This document shows positions 19,078-28,965 of a DNA stretch of 64,000 bases, piece by piece. The position numbers and the translations under genes are program-made. Source of the DNA: Thermoplasmata archaeon (GTDB lineage: Archaea; Thermoplasmatota; Thermoplasmata; Thermoplasmatales; Thermoplasmataceae). Location of the stretch: the NCBI GenBank assembly GCA_021794355.1, contig JAJYRA010000079.1, positions 14,065 to 78,064 on the forward strand, given 5' to 3'. The notes beneath the pieces were generated by a model. The model saw only the letters and a list, made by a program, of their open reading frames with translations. It had not been told where the DNA came from and ran no database searches. Positions within the stretch are counted from its first letter, which is position 1. Each line of letters starts with the position of its first letter.

Positions 19078-20895
19078 TTAATTTGAATCCTTATTTTTCT
19101 TGGTGTTTATTAATCTGGCCACAATTGAGGGATCGATTACCCCCTCTGTCGATGATGTTAGGATATCCATGGTTCTGGACATTCCTTCATTTTTATCTAT
19201 ACCCCTTGTTTTCATCATCTTCCTGATCTCATCTTCACTAAGAGGCATGAGCTTTTTATGGGAAAGAATTTCATTCATTGGGATACCTGAAAATAGCATA
19301 TGAAGACCTTTCTCCATTGAATATCTGCCTAGGGAGTTTTCGGTACAATATTTTATTATTCCCACGATGGTATTCCACTCCATTTCCCTCCCATACTTTT
19401 TTTCCATCTCCGGTACAGTTTGTGTTATTAAACGTGAGATCATTTTACCATTATGTTTATTGGCCAGTTCCCTGAGATACATCACCTTCTGATCGTTTAT
19501 GATTGTTTCTGCATCCTGCCCTGAAATTCCATATTCTTCGCTTATCCTTCCTATTGTTTCCTCCATTGACCCAGGAGAATTGCGGGATGCTTCCTGCAGG
19601 AGGTCTTCATGAACCTTGATTATGGGTATATCGGTTTCTGGATACATCCTACTGCTTCCTGAAAGCGGCCTCATGTATCTGGTGGAATTGTCCTCCAGAA
19701 CTGCCCTGGTTTCTGAAAAATCCATTGATAGAAGTTTCCTTATTCTTTCCTCTATGGTAAACCTGGCAATATCCAGCTCGTCCCTTCCAAGTATGAGCAT
19801 CAGGAAGGAATCATTTTCCTTCAGTTCCATTCTTTCTGATATTTCATCCCTGTCTCCTACAGTTATTCCATAGGCTGGTAGTTCATCATAATGAATCACT
19901 CCCTTAATACCGACCTGCTTAAGGGCGTCGGCAATTTCCCTTCCAACACGGTACCCATTGGCCTTTAATAATCCCTTGAAATTTTTGAGGATAGTTGCGT
20001 AAATCAGCTTTCCCTCTTCCAAGCCCTTTCTTATCATCTTTGAATTACTCCCTAAAAACATGCTGCTGATGTCCTTAAAGTCCAGTTTTTCAGTTCCACC
20101 TCTCTTCATTACAGCTTCCATTGCCTCAGAAAGCTTCTGCTGTCTTTCGGACTCATTAAGCAGGATGTCCCTTATGGCTGATAACTTAGAAACGCCCTTT
20201 ATCTCAACCCTGCCATAACCCATTGAAAAATTTACGTCCTGTCTAATAGCATCTGCACCCTTTTTAAGAAGCCCCATGACCCTCAGCCTGTTTCCTATCT
20301 CCTTTGCTATGGATATGGCTTCTTCGGCTGTTTTCATGTCCGGAGATGTGGATATTTCTATGAGAGGTATTCCCAGCCTGTCCAGAGAGTAAACAACCAT
20401 ATTCCCTTCTTCCTCTATCTTTCTACACGAATCTTCCTCCAGAGAGATTGCAGTGATTCCTGCCTCCGCCAGATCACCTTTTATGGTCCCACCCATTGCA
20501 ATAAGTGACGTTCTTTGAAATCCACTGGTGTTGGAACCGTCTATAACAACCTTTCTCATCACAGAAATCCTTTCCAAGATGGAGGAGTGGAACGCCATGG
20601 CCATTGATAAAGTAGCTTTCAGTGCCCTATCGTTAATCTGGGTTGGAGGCTGTTCATCTGCTTCAATGAGGCATGAGTTGGAATATATAATGTACTTAAA
20701 TGTCCTGTTACGTGATTCTTCAAAAACAGAAGATATATCCTGGCTTCCGGATTCACCTGAGGATGAGTGAAGTTTTCTGGTAAATCCCATTTTCTCTGCT
20801 TCTCCTTCGGATCCACATTTACAGAAGAGCTTCCCCACGTTCAGCTGCATGTGGACCTCCAGCCCTATCTTTGTATTCCCGGGGAGTTCATTCAT
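19078..20895 (-). CDS. gatE: Glu-tRNA(Gln) amidotransferase subunit E
   Basis: KIGLEVHMQL..KLFC, IDGSNTSGFQRT, LDRLGIPLIEIST, RMYPETDIP. Confidence 0.95.
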   Translation of the reverse strand: MNELPGNTKIGLEVHMQLNVGKLFCKCGSEGEAEKMGFTRKLHSSSGESGSQDISSVFEESRNRTFKYIIYSNSCLIEADEQPPTQINDRALKATLSMAMAFHSSILERISVMRKVVIDGSNTSGFQRTSLIAMGGTIKGDLAEAGITAISLEEDSCRKIEEEGNMVVYSLDRLGIPLIEISTSPDMKTAEEAISIAKEIGNRLRVMGLLKKGADAIRQDVNFSMGYGRVEIKGVSKLSAIRDILLNESERQQKLSEAMEAVMKRGGTEKLDFKDISSMFLGSNSKMIRKGLEEGKLIYATILKNFKGLLKANGYRVGREIADALKQVGIKGVIHYDELPAYGITVGDRDEISERMELKENDSFLMLILGRDELDIARFTIEERIRKLLSMDFSETRAVLEDNSTRYMRPLSGSSRMYPETDIPIIKVHEDLLQEASRNSPGSMEETIGRISEEYGISGQDAETIINDQKVMYLRELANKHNGKMISRLITQTVPEMEKKYGREMEWNTIVGIIKYCTENSLGRYSMEKGLHMLFSGIPMNEILSHKKLMPLSEDEIRKMMKTRGIDKNEGMSRTMDILTSSTEGVIDPSIVARLINTKKNKDSN

Positions 20896-22136
20896 GGAAA
20901 TACCCCCATTTCTTCCCTTTCAAGTATTTCCCCTCTCATGTTTTTCCTCATCATTTCTGGGAACCTGTTTTCATCGTAATTTCCAAGCACGTACATCATC
21001 TTCACGTAGGCCGTTTCTGGCAGTATATTTCCACAGTCCATAATACCAGCCCCCTTCATCTGCCTTCCAGTGGAATAAACATCGAGATTTGTGGTTCCAA
21101 AAATGCACTGTGTGGTTATTACAGCTTTCATGCCTTCCTTTACCTTTTCCTTAATGGCCTCAAGATGTTTGATTGCAATATGCCCAAGACCGGTACCTAT
21201 CAAGATAACGCCCCTCTTTCCATCAAGATTTTTTTCCATTTCTTCAACGGAAAGACCGGGGTAGAAGTAAATCATTCCAACCCTTTTTTCAAGTTTTGTA
21301 CTGATGGTGTTTTCCTCTACCCTCCTTATATAAGGGCGAATGAAATTTACCAGGCCATCCTGGAACCTCCCCACCGGTCCTTCACCGATGGCCTTAAATG
21401 CATCCCTTCTTGTTGAGTGCATTTTTCTTGATCTTGCCCCCCTGATCAGATCTATTTTCTCGTCAGAGCTATTGTGATGCATGGCTATGCCCACTTCGCC
21501 GAAATCCGTTGCTGAAAATCCCACGGCGGCTTCTATGTTCAGATAGGAGTCACTGCTGGGCCTATCTGAACTTCGTTGGGAGCCAACAAGAATAATTGGT
21601 CCCCTTTGCTTCTCAAACATGAAGGAAAGGGCTGATGCTGTGTAGGACATGGTATCTGTACCGTGGGAAATTAAAACTCCCTCAGACCTTTTCAGTTCCC
21701 TGTCCACAAGTTTTGCCATCTGGATCCACTGATCGGGTTCCATATTTTCACTGAGTATGTTCGAGAAATCCACCCTGTTTATGGAAAACTTCTCCTCCAT
21801 ATAGGGAAACCTGGATGTTAACTCACCCATGTCCAGAGATGGAAAAACCGCCCCTGTTTTATAATCCACTCTGCTCACTATGGTTCCTCCCGTGGTAATA
21901 AGTGATATGGGTTTTCCCTTACCCAGGACCTTCATGTCTCTTTTTACTTCCTGTGTTCTTGTGATTGATCTTTCCAGAATCTTGTAATCTTCCAATTTTA
22001 TGGATATGTTATAACCGTTGATCAGCTTTATGTTTGAATATACTGAATCTTCTGATAGGAGCGTCCCTTGGAATCGTTGACCCTCCCATGTAAATTCAAT
22101 CAGGTCACCAATTTCAGGTTTTTTACTTTCCGCCAT
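20892..22136 (-). CDS. gatD: Glu-tRNA(Gln) amidotransferase subunit D
   Basis: TGGTIVSRVDY.TGAV, HGTDTM, GSQRSSDRPSSD, RKMHSTRRDAF. Confidence 0.95.
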   Translation of the reverse strand: MAESKKPEIGDLIEFTWEGQRFQGTLLSEDSVYSNIKLINGYNISIKLEDYKILERSITRTQEVKRDMKVLGKGKPISLITTGGTIVSRVDYKTGAVFPSLDMGELTSRFPYMEEKFSINRVDFSNILSENMEPDQWIQMAKLVDRELKRSEGVLISHGTDTMSYTASALSFMFEKQRGPIILVGSQRSSDRPSSDSYLNIEAAVGFSATDFGEVGIAMHHNSSDEKIDLIRGARSRKMHSTRRDAFKAIGEGPVGRFQDGLVNFIRPYIRRVEENTISTKLEKRVGMIYFYPGLSVEEMEKNLDGKRGVILIGTGLGHIAIKHLEAIKEKVKEGMKAVITTQCIFGTTNLDVYSTGRQMKGAGIMDCGNILPETAYVKMMYVLGNYDENRFPEMMRKNMRGEILEREEMGVFP

Positions 22137-22255
22137 AACTCAATATTCTTAAGGATTATTTGAATGTTTTAATAATTAAGGGTTCTTCAATCATTATCCT
22201 TAAATGAACCAAAAATATGAAACAATATGCTTAGAAAACCTTTCAAATATGGACT

Positions 22256-23041
22256 TCACAGGAATCCCATCTTTGATTGACCCAGAATTCTTCCCAATTC
22301 CATGGCATTTACAGGTGCATTTCCATTTGGATGGTTGTTAAAGAAGATATATACGCTTTCAAACTGTTTTTCCATCCTTCTAATTTCCTTTCCTATGGTT
22401 TCCAACTCCAGTTTGCTGTATAGGTAATTAAATTTATTCATTCCCGTATCTGGCCTGGAAAAATCAGGGTTCCTTCCATGTAAGCGAATGTAAACAATTC
22501 TTTCCCCCGTTTCCATGAGCCTTAGATGATTAAGATAGTTGTCCGTGAAACTTATGCCAAAATCTAATTTCTCAAGAATATTCCGGGTCATTTCAAATAA
22601 ATCCTCTGAAAAATTTCGCAATTCAGCATAGATATGCCCCGCTTCCATTGTAACTTCCTTCATTTCATGAAGGTACTTTTCCATGTTACTCTTTCCGATC
22701 CATGGTGGAATGGTGAATAGCATGAGAGACCCAGAATCTCTATGGAATAACGGATCTGCCACATTTTCAACGAATAACTTCATGCTTTCCTTCCTCTGTT
22801 CAGGCAGGCCAAAATGTGTTACTGATGAGGGAAGTTTAACAGAAATCTTCAAACTTCTGTCTATTTTTTTAAGGGAACTCTGGAAAGAATCTCTTGTTGG
22901 AATTGAATAGTAGGTAGAATCTATTTCCAGGGCGCTGAAAAAATTGGAATAATAGGAAACGGATGGCCTTATTCCCTCAGGAAAGAATTTTCCCACCCAT
23001 TCGCGATATGCCCACCCACAGGTTCCAATATATAATTTCAA
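22256..23041 (-). CDS. DUF72 (YecE-like) TIM-barrel protein
   Basis: YIGTCGWAYREW, EIDSTYY, YIRLHGRN, YIFFNNH..GNAP.NA. Confidence 0.88.
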   Translation of the reverse strand: MKLYIGTCGWAYREWVGKFFPEGIRPSVSYYSNFFSALEIDSTYYSIPTRDSFQSSLKKIDRSLKISVKLPSSVTHFGLPEQRKESMKLFVENVADPLFHRDSGSLMLFTIPPWIGKSNMEKYLHEMKEVTMEAGHIYAELRNFSEDLFEMTRNILEKLDFGISFTDNYLNHLRLMETGERIVYIRLHGRNPDFSRPDTGMNKFNYLYSKLELETIGKEIRRMEKQFESVYIFFNNHPNGNAPVNAMELGRILGQSKMGFL

Positions 23042-24183
23042 GGTGACAGTTCCTTTAAGACTTCCCTTGCAATAATCACTCTCTGTATCTGATTTGTTCC
23101 CTCGTATATCTGTGTAATCTTGGCATCCCTCATATGCCTCTCTGCGTCCAGATCAACGGTGTATCCGTATCCACCGAAAAGCTGAAGAGATTCCGTTGCA
23201 ACCCTGTTGGCAACATCAGATGCAAACAGTTTTGCCATGGATGATTCCTTTATGCATGGTTCATGTCTGTCCCATTTTTCAGCCGCATTATAGGTGAGCA
23301 GCCTTGATGCTTCTATTTCTGTTGCCATGTCAGAAATCATAAACTGTATTCCTTCCATGTTTGAAATGCTCTGCCCGAACTGTTTTCTCTGTTGTGCATA
23401 AATGACAGCTTCCTCAAAAGATGCTTCCGCAATACCCAGAGCCTGTGCGGCAATTCCAATTCTTCCTGCATCCAGTGTTTCCATTACAACCCTGAATCCT
23501 TCGTTAAGTTTGCCCACCATATTGGTTTCCGGTACCCTTACATTATCAAACAGCAGTTCGACGGTGGATGATCCCCTTATACCCATTTTATGGATATCCC
23601 TGCTTATTTTGAATCCTGGTGTTTCTGCATCTACAACGAAGGTCGTGATTCCCTTGTGTCCCTTTGCTTGATCTGTTACAACATCGACAACAAAGAAATT
23701 GGCTATTCTTCCGTTTGATATGAAAATCTTTGTACCGTTTATAATGTAACTGTCCCCCTGTTTTACAGCTGTCGTTTTTATGGCGGCTGCATCACTTCCT
23801 GCACCGGGTTCAGTCAGGGCCAGTCCCCCTATCTCTCCCTCCGTGATCCTCTTCAAGTATTTCTTTTTCAGATCCTCACTGCCAAACATCAATACAGGTT
23901 CTCCAAATAATGTTAAGGCACCATCAAGAACAAGGGCGGTACTGGGACATGCCTTTGAGATTATCTCTATGGCCCTGACCAGAAAACTGAAGCTCATGCC
24001 ATATCCGCCGTATTCTTTTGGTATGTAACTGGCGAAAAGGCCCAGTTCTTTCATCCTGTCTATTAATTTTTGTGGAACCTCCTCCTTCAGGTCAATCTCC
24101 CTGCTCAGGGGTTTTACCTCTTCCTTTGCAAATCTCTGAATATATTCCAGCACATCCTTTTCTTCATCCTTCAATCCTTCCAT
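23038..24183 (-). CDS. Acyl-CoA dehydrogenase
   Basis: ALTEPGAGSD, KIFISNG, KMGIRGS, LDAGRIGIA, IYEGTNQIQR. Confidence 0.95.
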   Translation of the reverse strand: MEGLKDEEKDVLEYIQRFAKEEVKPLSREIDLKEEVPQKLIDRMKELGLFASYIPKEYGGYGMSFSFLVRAIEIISKACPSTALVLDGALTLFGEPVLMFGSEDLKKKYLKRITEGEIGGLALTEPGAGSDAAAIKTTAVKQGDSYIINGTKIFISNGRIANFFVVDVVTDQAKGHKGITTFVVDAETPGFKISRDIHKMGIRGSSTVELLFDNVRVPETNMVGKLNEGFRVVMETLDAGRIGIAAQALGIAEASFEEAVIYAQQRKQFGQSISNMEGIQFMISDMATEIEASRLLTYNAAEKWDRHEPCIKESSMAKLFASDVANRVATESLQLFGGYGYTVDLDAERHMRDAKITQIYEGTNQIQRVIIAREVLKELSP

Positions 24184-24374
24184 AGGAGGATAATGCTCTT
24201 CAACATAATATTTTTAATTAAGATTGAAGTCCCCTTATATTTTACTACCCCTTGAATGTAATGAATTTTGCTAAAAATCCAGCAACGGGTTATAAGTTTA
24301 TGGTTAACCCTCTCGAATTAATGGTTAGCGGTTAATTCATAAAACGAGCTTGTTTTATTCAACAGTATAGGTTC

Positions 24375-24800
24375 CTAAAATTCCTCACCCCGTTTGTATT
24401 TTCTGAATGCCTGGATACCACCTTGAATTACCAATCTGATAAGTCCAGCTATGAAGGAAAGAACTGCAAAGACGATCAATGGACCCCATACCACAAAGGT
24501 AGCATCCATTGAAATGGCTACCAAAGCGAGAGGAAAGAAGAAAAAAGTTACTGCAAGACTCATCATCCCAGTCCTAAAGAACCATCCGTATTCACGCCTC
24601 ATAAGGAATAATGTGCCAAACATAAAGGCAATCATTGAAAATACAATTGGGAAGACCAATGGAAGACGAGCAATAAAAGAAGAGCCAAAATTCAGATGAA
24701 TTGAAAGATATATAGATAGGTAAACCAGTCCCAACCCAATCAGATAAGAAACCATCGCATAGAAAGGGTGAATTTTATTGGTAGGGTGAATTGAAACCAC
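24375..24800 (-). CDS. Hypothetical membrane protein (about 4 TM)
   Basis: 141-aa hydrophobic ORF, GTG start. Confidence 0.7.
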   Translation of the reverse strand: MVSIHPTNKIHPFYAMVSYLIGLGLVYLSIYLSIHLNFGSSFIARLPLVFPIVFSMIAFMFGTLFLMRREYGWFFRTGMMSLAVTFFFFPLALVAISMDATFVVWGPLIVFAVLSFIAGLIRLVIQGGIQAFRKYKRGEEF

Positions 24801-24848
24801 TTAGATCAACTCTGTTAACCTGTTTTTGCGCACAGTTATGATACCTGT

Positions 24849-25124
24849 TTATCTCTTTCCTGGCCTGTTGTTCCAAATGTTGCTTGCTCTTTCCTGCAAC
24901 TTTCCATTCTTGGCTCCCAGAAGCGCCCCAACAAAAACTAATATCACAGATATAATGAATGCCAGCAATCCATACAGGAAGAAATTAGCCCAAATAACGG
25001 TTGCCAGATGTGAACCCCCATAATAATTTTTGATTAGCCAGCCAGACATTATTACAATCAATGACGCTATGAAGAGAAATGTCCCAACAGTCATTACCCG
25101 GTTTATGGGATGAAACCCAACCAT
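24849..25124 (-). CDS. Hypothetical membrane protein (about 2 TM)
   Basis: 91-aa hydrophobic ORF; GGTGA ribosome binding site upstream. Confidence 0.7.
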   Translation of the reverse strand: MVGFHPINRVMTVGTFLFIASLIVIMSGWLIKNYYGGSHLATVIWANFFLYGLLAFIISVILVFVGALLGAKNGKLQERASNIWNNRPGKR

Positions 25125-25490
25125 TTACTCACCTATTTAAGTTAGTTCTCGAATCTATATAAAGTGTGGAGCTCTATTCAAAAATCTCCCAGATGGCGTC
25201 AAAACTTGCTTAGGTTTTTTCAAAGATATATATTACGCTTAAGATGTGTAATGGGTTCTTTTTCATCGTAAATAACATCTTTCTTTTAGTGGAAAAAGAA
25301 AAAAGGGTTTCAATACAGTATTAAGATATTGATCAGTTATTTAATCAATGAAAAACCACATAAATTACGGGATAAATTGTGATATGACTATCAGAAATAT
25401 AGAGAAAATTATAAGACTATTCTGATACCATATCTCATTCAGGTTAGACCGCCAGAAAAGATTTTTATTGATGCGCCCATGCACTTTACC

Positions 25491-26141
25491 ATGGAATTCA
25501 AAGCTAGGATTGTCTCCTGGAAAGAGATAGAAACGTGGTGTGAAACAATCAACGAAAAGATGATGGATGATGGCATTCCAGATACCATAATAGGTCTTTC
25601 AAGAGGTGGTCTTGTCCCTGCAAGGATCATTTCAGACATGGTTCTTTTAAAGAATTTATATGCCATTAAGACGGAGCACTGGGGTCTTACTGCTACGGTG
25701 GATGGAAAAGCAGACTTGAAATATGGCCTAAATGTCCCCATAGAGAACAAAAAAGTACTGATTGTGGACGATATAACTGATACGGGACAGAGCATGAAGC
25801 TTGCCTATGATTATATCAAAACACTTAAACCTGCAACGGTAAAAACTTCCACAATGCTTCACATTGGGCATTCATCCTTTATGCCTGACTACTATGCTGA
25901 ATTTGTGAGCGATACCCAGTGGACATGGTTTATCTTTCCCTGGAATGTTTATGAGGATATTTCAAATCTTTCCTCGAAAATCGAGATGAACCATAGTTCC
26001 CTTGATGATGTGAGAAAAAAATTGAAGGAGAACTTCGATCTTGAAGTTGAAGAAGGGATTCTTGAAAAGGTACTCATACAGATGGTAAGGATGAAGAAGG
26101 TTACCGTAAAAGGTGATCTTTATTCCCTCAATCATGAATGA
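25491..26141 (+). CDS. Purine phosphoribosyltransferase (Gpt/Hpt-like type I PRTase)
   Basis: IGLSRGGLVPARI, PRPP loop VLIVDDITDTGQS, WFIFPW. Start may be 25479 or 25491. Confidence 0.9.
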   Translation: MEFKARIVSWKEIETWCETINEKMMDDGIPDTIIGLSRGGLVPARIISDMVLLKNLYAIKTEHWGLTATVDGKADLKYGLNVPIENKKVLIVDDITDTGQSMKLAYDYIKTLKPATVKTSTMLHIGHSSFMPDYYAEFVSDTQWTWFIFPWNVYEDISNLSSKIEMNHSSLDDVRKKLKENFDLEVEEGILEKVLIQMVRMKKVTVKGDLYSLNHE

Positions 26142-27061
26142 ATTATTGTTCCGGTTTTCCCCTCCAGTAGGCCTGAGGCCATTGATAAGGAACCTATGCG
26201 GGCGGTTTTTCCTCCATGTTTGATGAAACTGATTGCAGCCAGTATTTTTGGTCCCATACTTCCCTTGGAGAATTGCCCCTCATCGTAATATTTTTCAATT
26301 TCCCCCAGATTAATCTCATGCAAGGGTATCTGGTTTTCGTTTCCGAAGTTAATATACGCGTTTTCCACGTCTGTTAAGATTATTAATTCCTCTGCTTCTA
26401 TCATATGTGCAAGAATGTATGAAGCGAGGTCCTTATCTATAACTGCATCAACACCACGGTAAACATTTCCATCCCTGCAGACGGGTATGCCTCCACCTCC
26501 GGTGCATATGGGTAAAAATCCTGAAGTCAGGGAACTCATGATTGCGTTTTTTTCCAGTATATCCTTGGGCATTGGAGATGCAACACATCTTCTCCAGCCC
26601 TTCTCCGTTTTCATGAAATGCCAGTTTTCCATATTTTTTATGGACTGATACTCCTCCTCTGAATATACTCTTCCAACGGGTTTTGTTGGGTTCTGGAAAG
26701 CAGGATCATTCTCATCCACAAGTGTTCTCGTGAGTATATTGGAAGCTTCCTTTCCTATGCCATTTTTTACTCGTACCTGCTCATATGCTTCAATTAATAT
26801 CTCACCTATAAGACCCTGGGACATGGCTCCGAGGGTATGCATGGGCATGGCAGGTGGAAATCCTTCTACAGGTTGGTTTCTCACGATTAAATCTCCAACC
26901 TGTGGTCCATTTCCATGGGTTATTACCACATCTTCCCTTACAATTATGGTAGAAAGTGCTTCAAATGCTCTCCTGGCTCTTTTAACCTGAGTTCCATAAT
27001 CCCTTGAATCCCCATTTTCCATAAGGGCGTTTCCTCCAAGCGCTATTACAATTTTTGACAT
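26132..27061 (-). CDS. arcC: Carbamate kinase
   Basis: IALGGNAL, THGNGPQVG, NPTKPVG, AVIDKD, KGSMGPK. Confidence 0.93.
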   Translation of the reverse strand: MSKIVIALGGNALMENGDSRDYGTQVKRARRAFEALSTIIVREDVVITHGNGPQVGDLIVRNQPVEGFPPAMPMHTLGAMSQGLIGEILIEAYEQVRVKNGIGKEASNILTRTLVDENDPAFQNPTKPVGRVYSEEEYQSIKNMENWHFMKTEKGWRRCVASPMPKDILEKNAIMSSLTSGFLPICTGGGGIPVCRDGNVYRGVDAVIDKDLASYILAHMIEAEELIILTDVENAYINFGNENQIPLHEINLGEIEKYYDEGQFSKGSMGPKILAAISFIKHGGKTARIGSLSMASGLLEGKTGTIIHS

Positions 27062-27196
27062 ATAATCACGGAAACCTTACATTTATCGCCCCTATATAAG
27101 TAAACCCCGATTATTTAAACGAAAATCGTACCCTGTGTTAGTTTTAGATGCAGCTTTCGCAAAAGTATTTGTAATTTCTTTTCATTATATAGAAAC

Positions 27197-27583
27197 ATGA
27201 CAGTTGAGATGAGATTAAAAAGCAAGGAAGATTTTGAAACACTATGCTCAAAGGTTCCAGAGGTTGTATCTAAAAATGGATTTGCCGTACTTGCCGAGAT
27301 CAGGACTGGGGATATTTTAAAATCCAAGGGGTTTGACTATGGCCCACTACGAACCTATGAAATATGCAATCCTGCCTACGCATTCCGTATCCTCAGTGCA
27401 GATGAAAAATTTGAATCACTCCTTCCGTGTCGTATTGTTTTGAAAGGTAAGCCCGAAGGAACTGAAGTTATAGGTCTTCTACCTGAGGCATTATCCGAAC
27501 TTGTGGATTCCACATCAGTGAAGGATGTTGCCCATGAGGTTCAGGAAAAAATAAAGAAAATCGTAGGTGATATAGCAAAGTGA
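27197..27583 (+). CDS. DUF302 domain protein
   Basis: GF.VLAEI, YEICNP..A, LLPCRIV. Confidence 0.85.
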   Translation: MTVEMRLKSKEDFETLCSKVPEVVSKNGFAVLAEIRTGDILKSKGFDYGPLRTYEICNPAYAFRILSADEKFESLLPCRIVLKGKPEGTEVIGLLPEALSELVDSTSVKDVAHEVQEKIKKIVGDIAK

Positions 27584-27652
27584 AGGGAAAAAGAACCTGA
27601 ATATCAAATATCTTTTTCGAACCTCTTTTATCTTATAAAGCAATTAACAACC

Positions 27653-28468
27653 ATGAAATTAACTGTGGCACACACCCCAGACCCTGATGATGCGTTTATG
27701 TTTTATGCAATGGTAACCGGGAAAATAAAAACCAGCATGGAATATGAACAGGTTATAAAGGACATTGAAACGCTGAATCACGATGCAGAAACTGGTCTAT
27801 ATGATGTGACCGCCATATCCGCTAATGCCTATGCAGATGTGAATGAAACCTATGCTCTCACAAGATCAGGCGCAAGCTTTGGTATTTCATATGGCCCACT
27901 GGTGGTGGCAAAAAGCGAGGTTGACTTTAAAAGGGCGATCATAGGATCTCCCGGTACTGGTACCTCGTCCCATCTGCTCTTCAGGATGTTTATAGAAAAG
28001 GACGCAGATCTGAGACCCATGAGGTTTGATCTCATACCTGATGCCATAGTGAACGGAGATATTCAGGCCGGAATAATAATTCACGATGAACAGCTTACCT
28101 TTCAGGAAAAGGGGCTGATTAAAGTGGCTGCCATTTATGACAGGTGGAAAGAATATGCTGGAGATCTACCGATCCCTCTAGGGTTCAATGCCATAAGGAA
28201 AACGCTTGGAGAAGAAGTAATACACAATTACATTGTCGATTTTGAAAATTCCATAAAGTATGCTTTCGACCATGTTGAGGAAGCAGCAACCTATGCAATG
28301 AAATATGCACGTTACAAGGATCTTGATCTTGAAACAAGATTCATAAAGATGTACGTGAATGAATTGTCTATTGACTTTGGTGAGAGAGGAAGAAAAGCAC
28401 TGGAAATGTACTATGAAAGAGCTTTCAAAATGGACCTTCTGGAGAGGTTTAGGATGGAGATCGTCTGA
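27653..28468 (+). CDS. mqnD: 1,4-dihydroxy-6-naphthoate synthase (futalosine pathway)
   Basis: AHTPDPDDAFMFYA, DIETLN, GYGP-like SYGP, GIIIHDEQLT, PIPLG, IKMYVN. Confidence 0.85.
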   Translation: MKLTVAHTPDPDDAFMFYAMVTGKIKTSMEYEQVIKDIETLNHDAETGLYDVTAISANAYADVNETYALTRSGASFGISYGPLVVAKSEVDFKRAIIGSPGTGTSSHLLFRMFIEKDADLRPMRFDLIPDAIVNGDIQAGIIIHDEQLTFQEKGLIKVAAIYDRWKEYAGDLPIPLGFNAIRKTLGEEVIHNYIVDFENSIKYAFDHVEEAATYAMKYARYKDLDLETRFIKMYVNELSIDFGERGRKALEMYYERAFKMDLLERFRMEIV

Positions 28469-28522
28469 AAAAAAATCCAAAATTTATCGGTTTTTTATTC
28501 AATTCCCTTAAAGTTTTTGTGC

Positions 28523-28795
28523 TCAGATATCCACGTAAGAGTAATCTGGCAGGTCCTCAAGCCTTAAATTCGGATGTTCCTCTTTCCATTGATCTTCTTG
28601 TTCCTTTTTCAGGGGTTTGACCAGATCAAATTTTCTCGCCCCGCATGAAGGACATTTAAACAAAAGTTCATTGAAGATATGCGGTTTCAAGATGTCCCTC
28701 GCCCTGAATATATGCTCAAAATTGTTCCCACAGTTAGCGCATTTTACGATCCAGATATGCACATATTTTTCCATTGGACTGAATGAGTTTTCCAT
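28523..28795 (-). CDS. Small Zn-ribbon protein
   Basis: 90 aa with KCANCG and KCPSCG knuckles. Confidence 0.7.
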   Translation of the reverse strand: MENSFSPMEKYVHIWIVKCANCGNNFEHIFRARDILKPHIFNELLFKCPSCGARKFDLVKPLKKEQEDQWKEEHPNLRLEDLPDYSYVDI

Positions 28796-28965
28796 ATTAA
28801 AGAATTAAGTTTTAGGTCGTGACATAATCTCCCAGATATTTGGGGGATCTTCTTCCCACTTCAAAGATTGCTGACGGAATTTCCATGGGTTTGATTTCCT
28901 TTAGAAATGAAGGTGCCCTGTACTCCATGCTAAGCCGTCTGAGTTTACCTTAAAAAATATAAAAA

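Noticed and set aside
25183-28837. Shared 12-mer AATCTCCCAGAT (25183 and 28826) upstream of two minus-strand genes
   Set aside because: Around a hundred chance 12-mer pairs are expected in 64 kb, and the spacing to the start codons differs.
28800-28960. Riboswitch or 38-aa ORF between the MFS gene and the Zn-ribbon gene
   Set aside because: No TPP, fluoride or cobalamin consensus, and only weak G-U-rich pairing.
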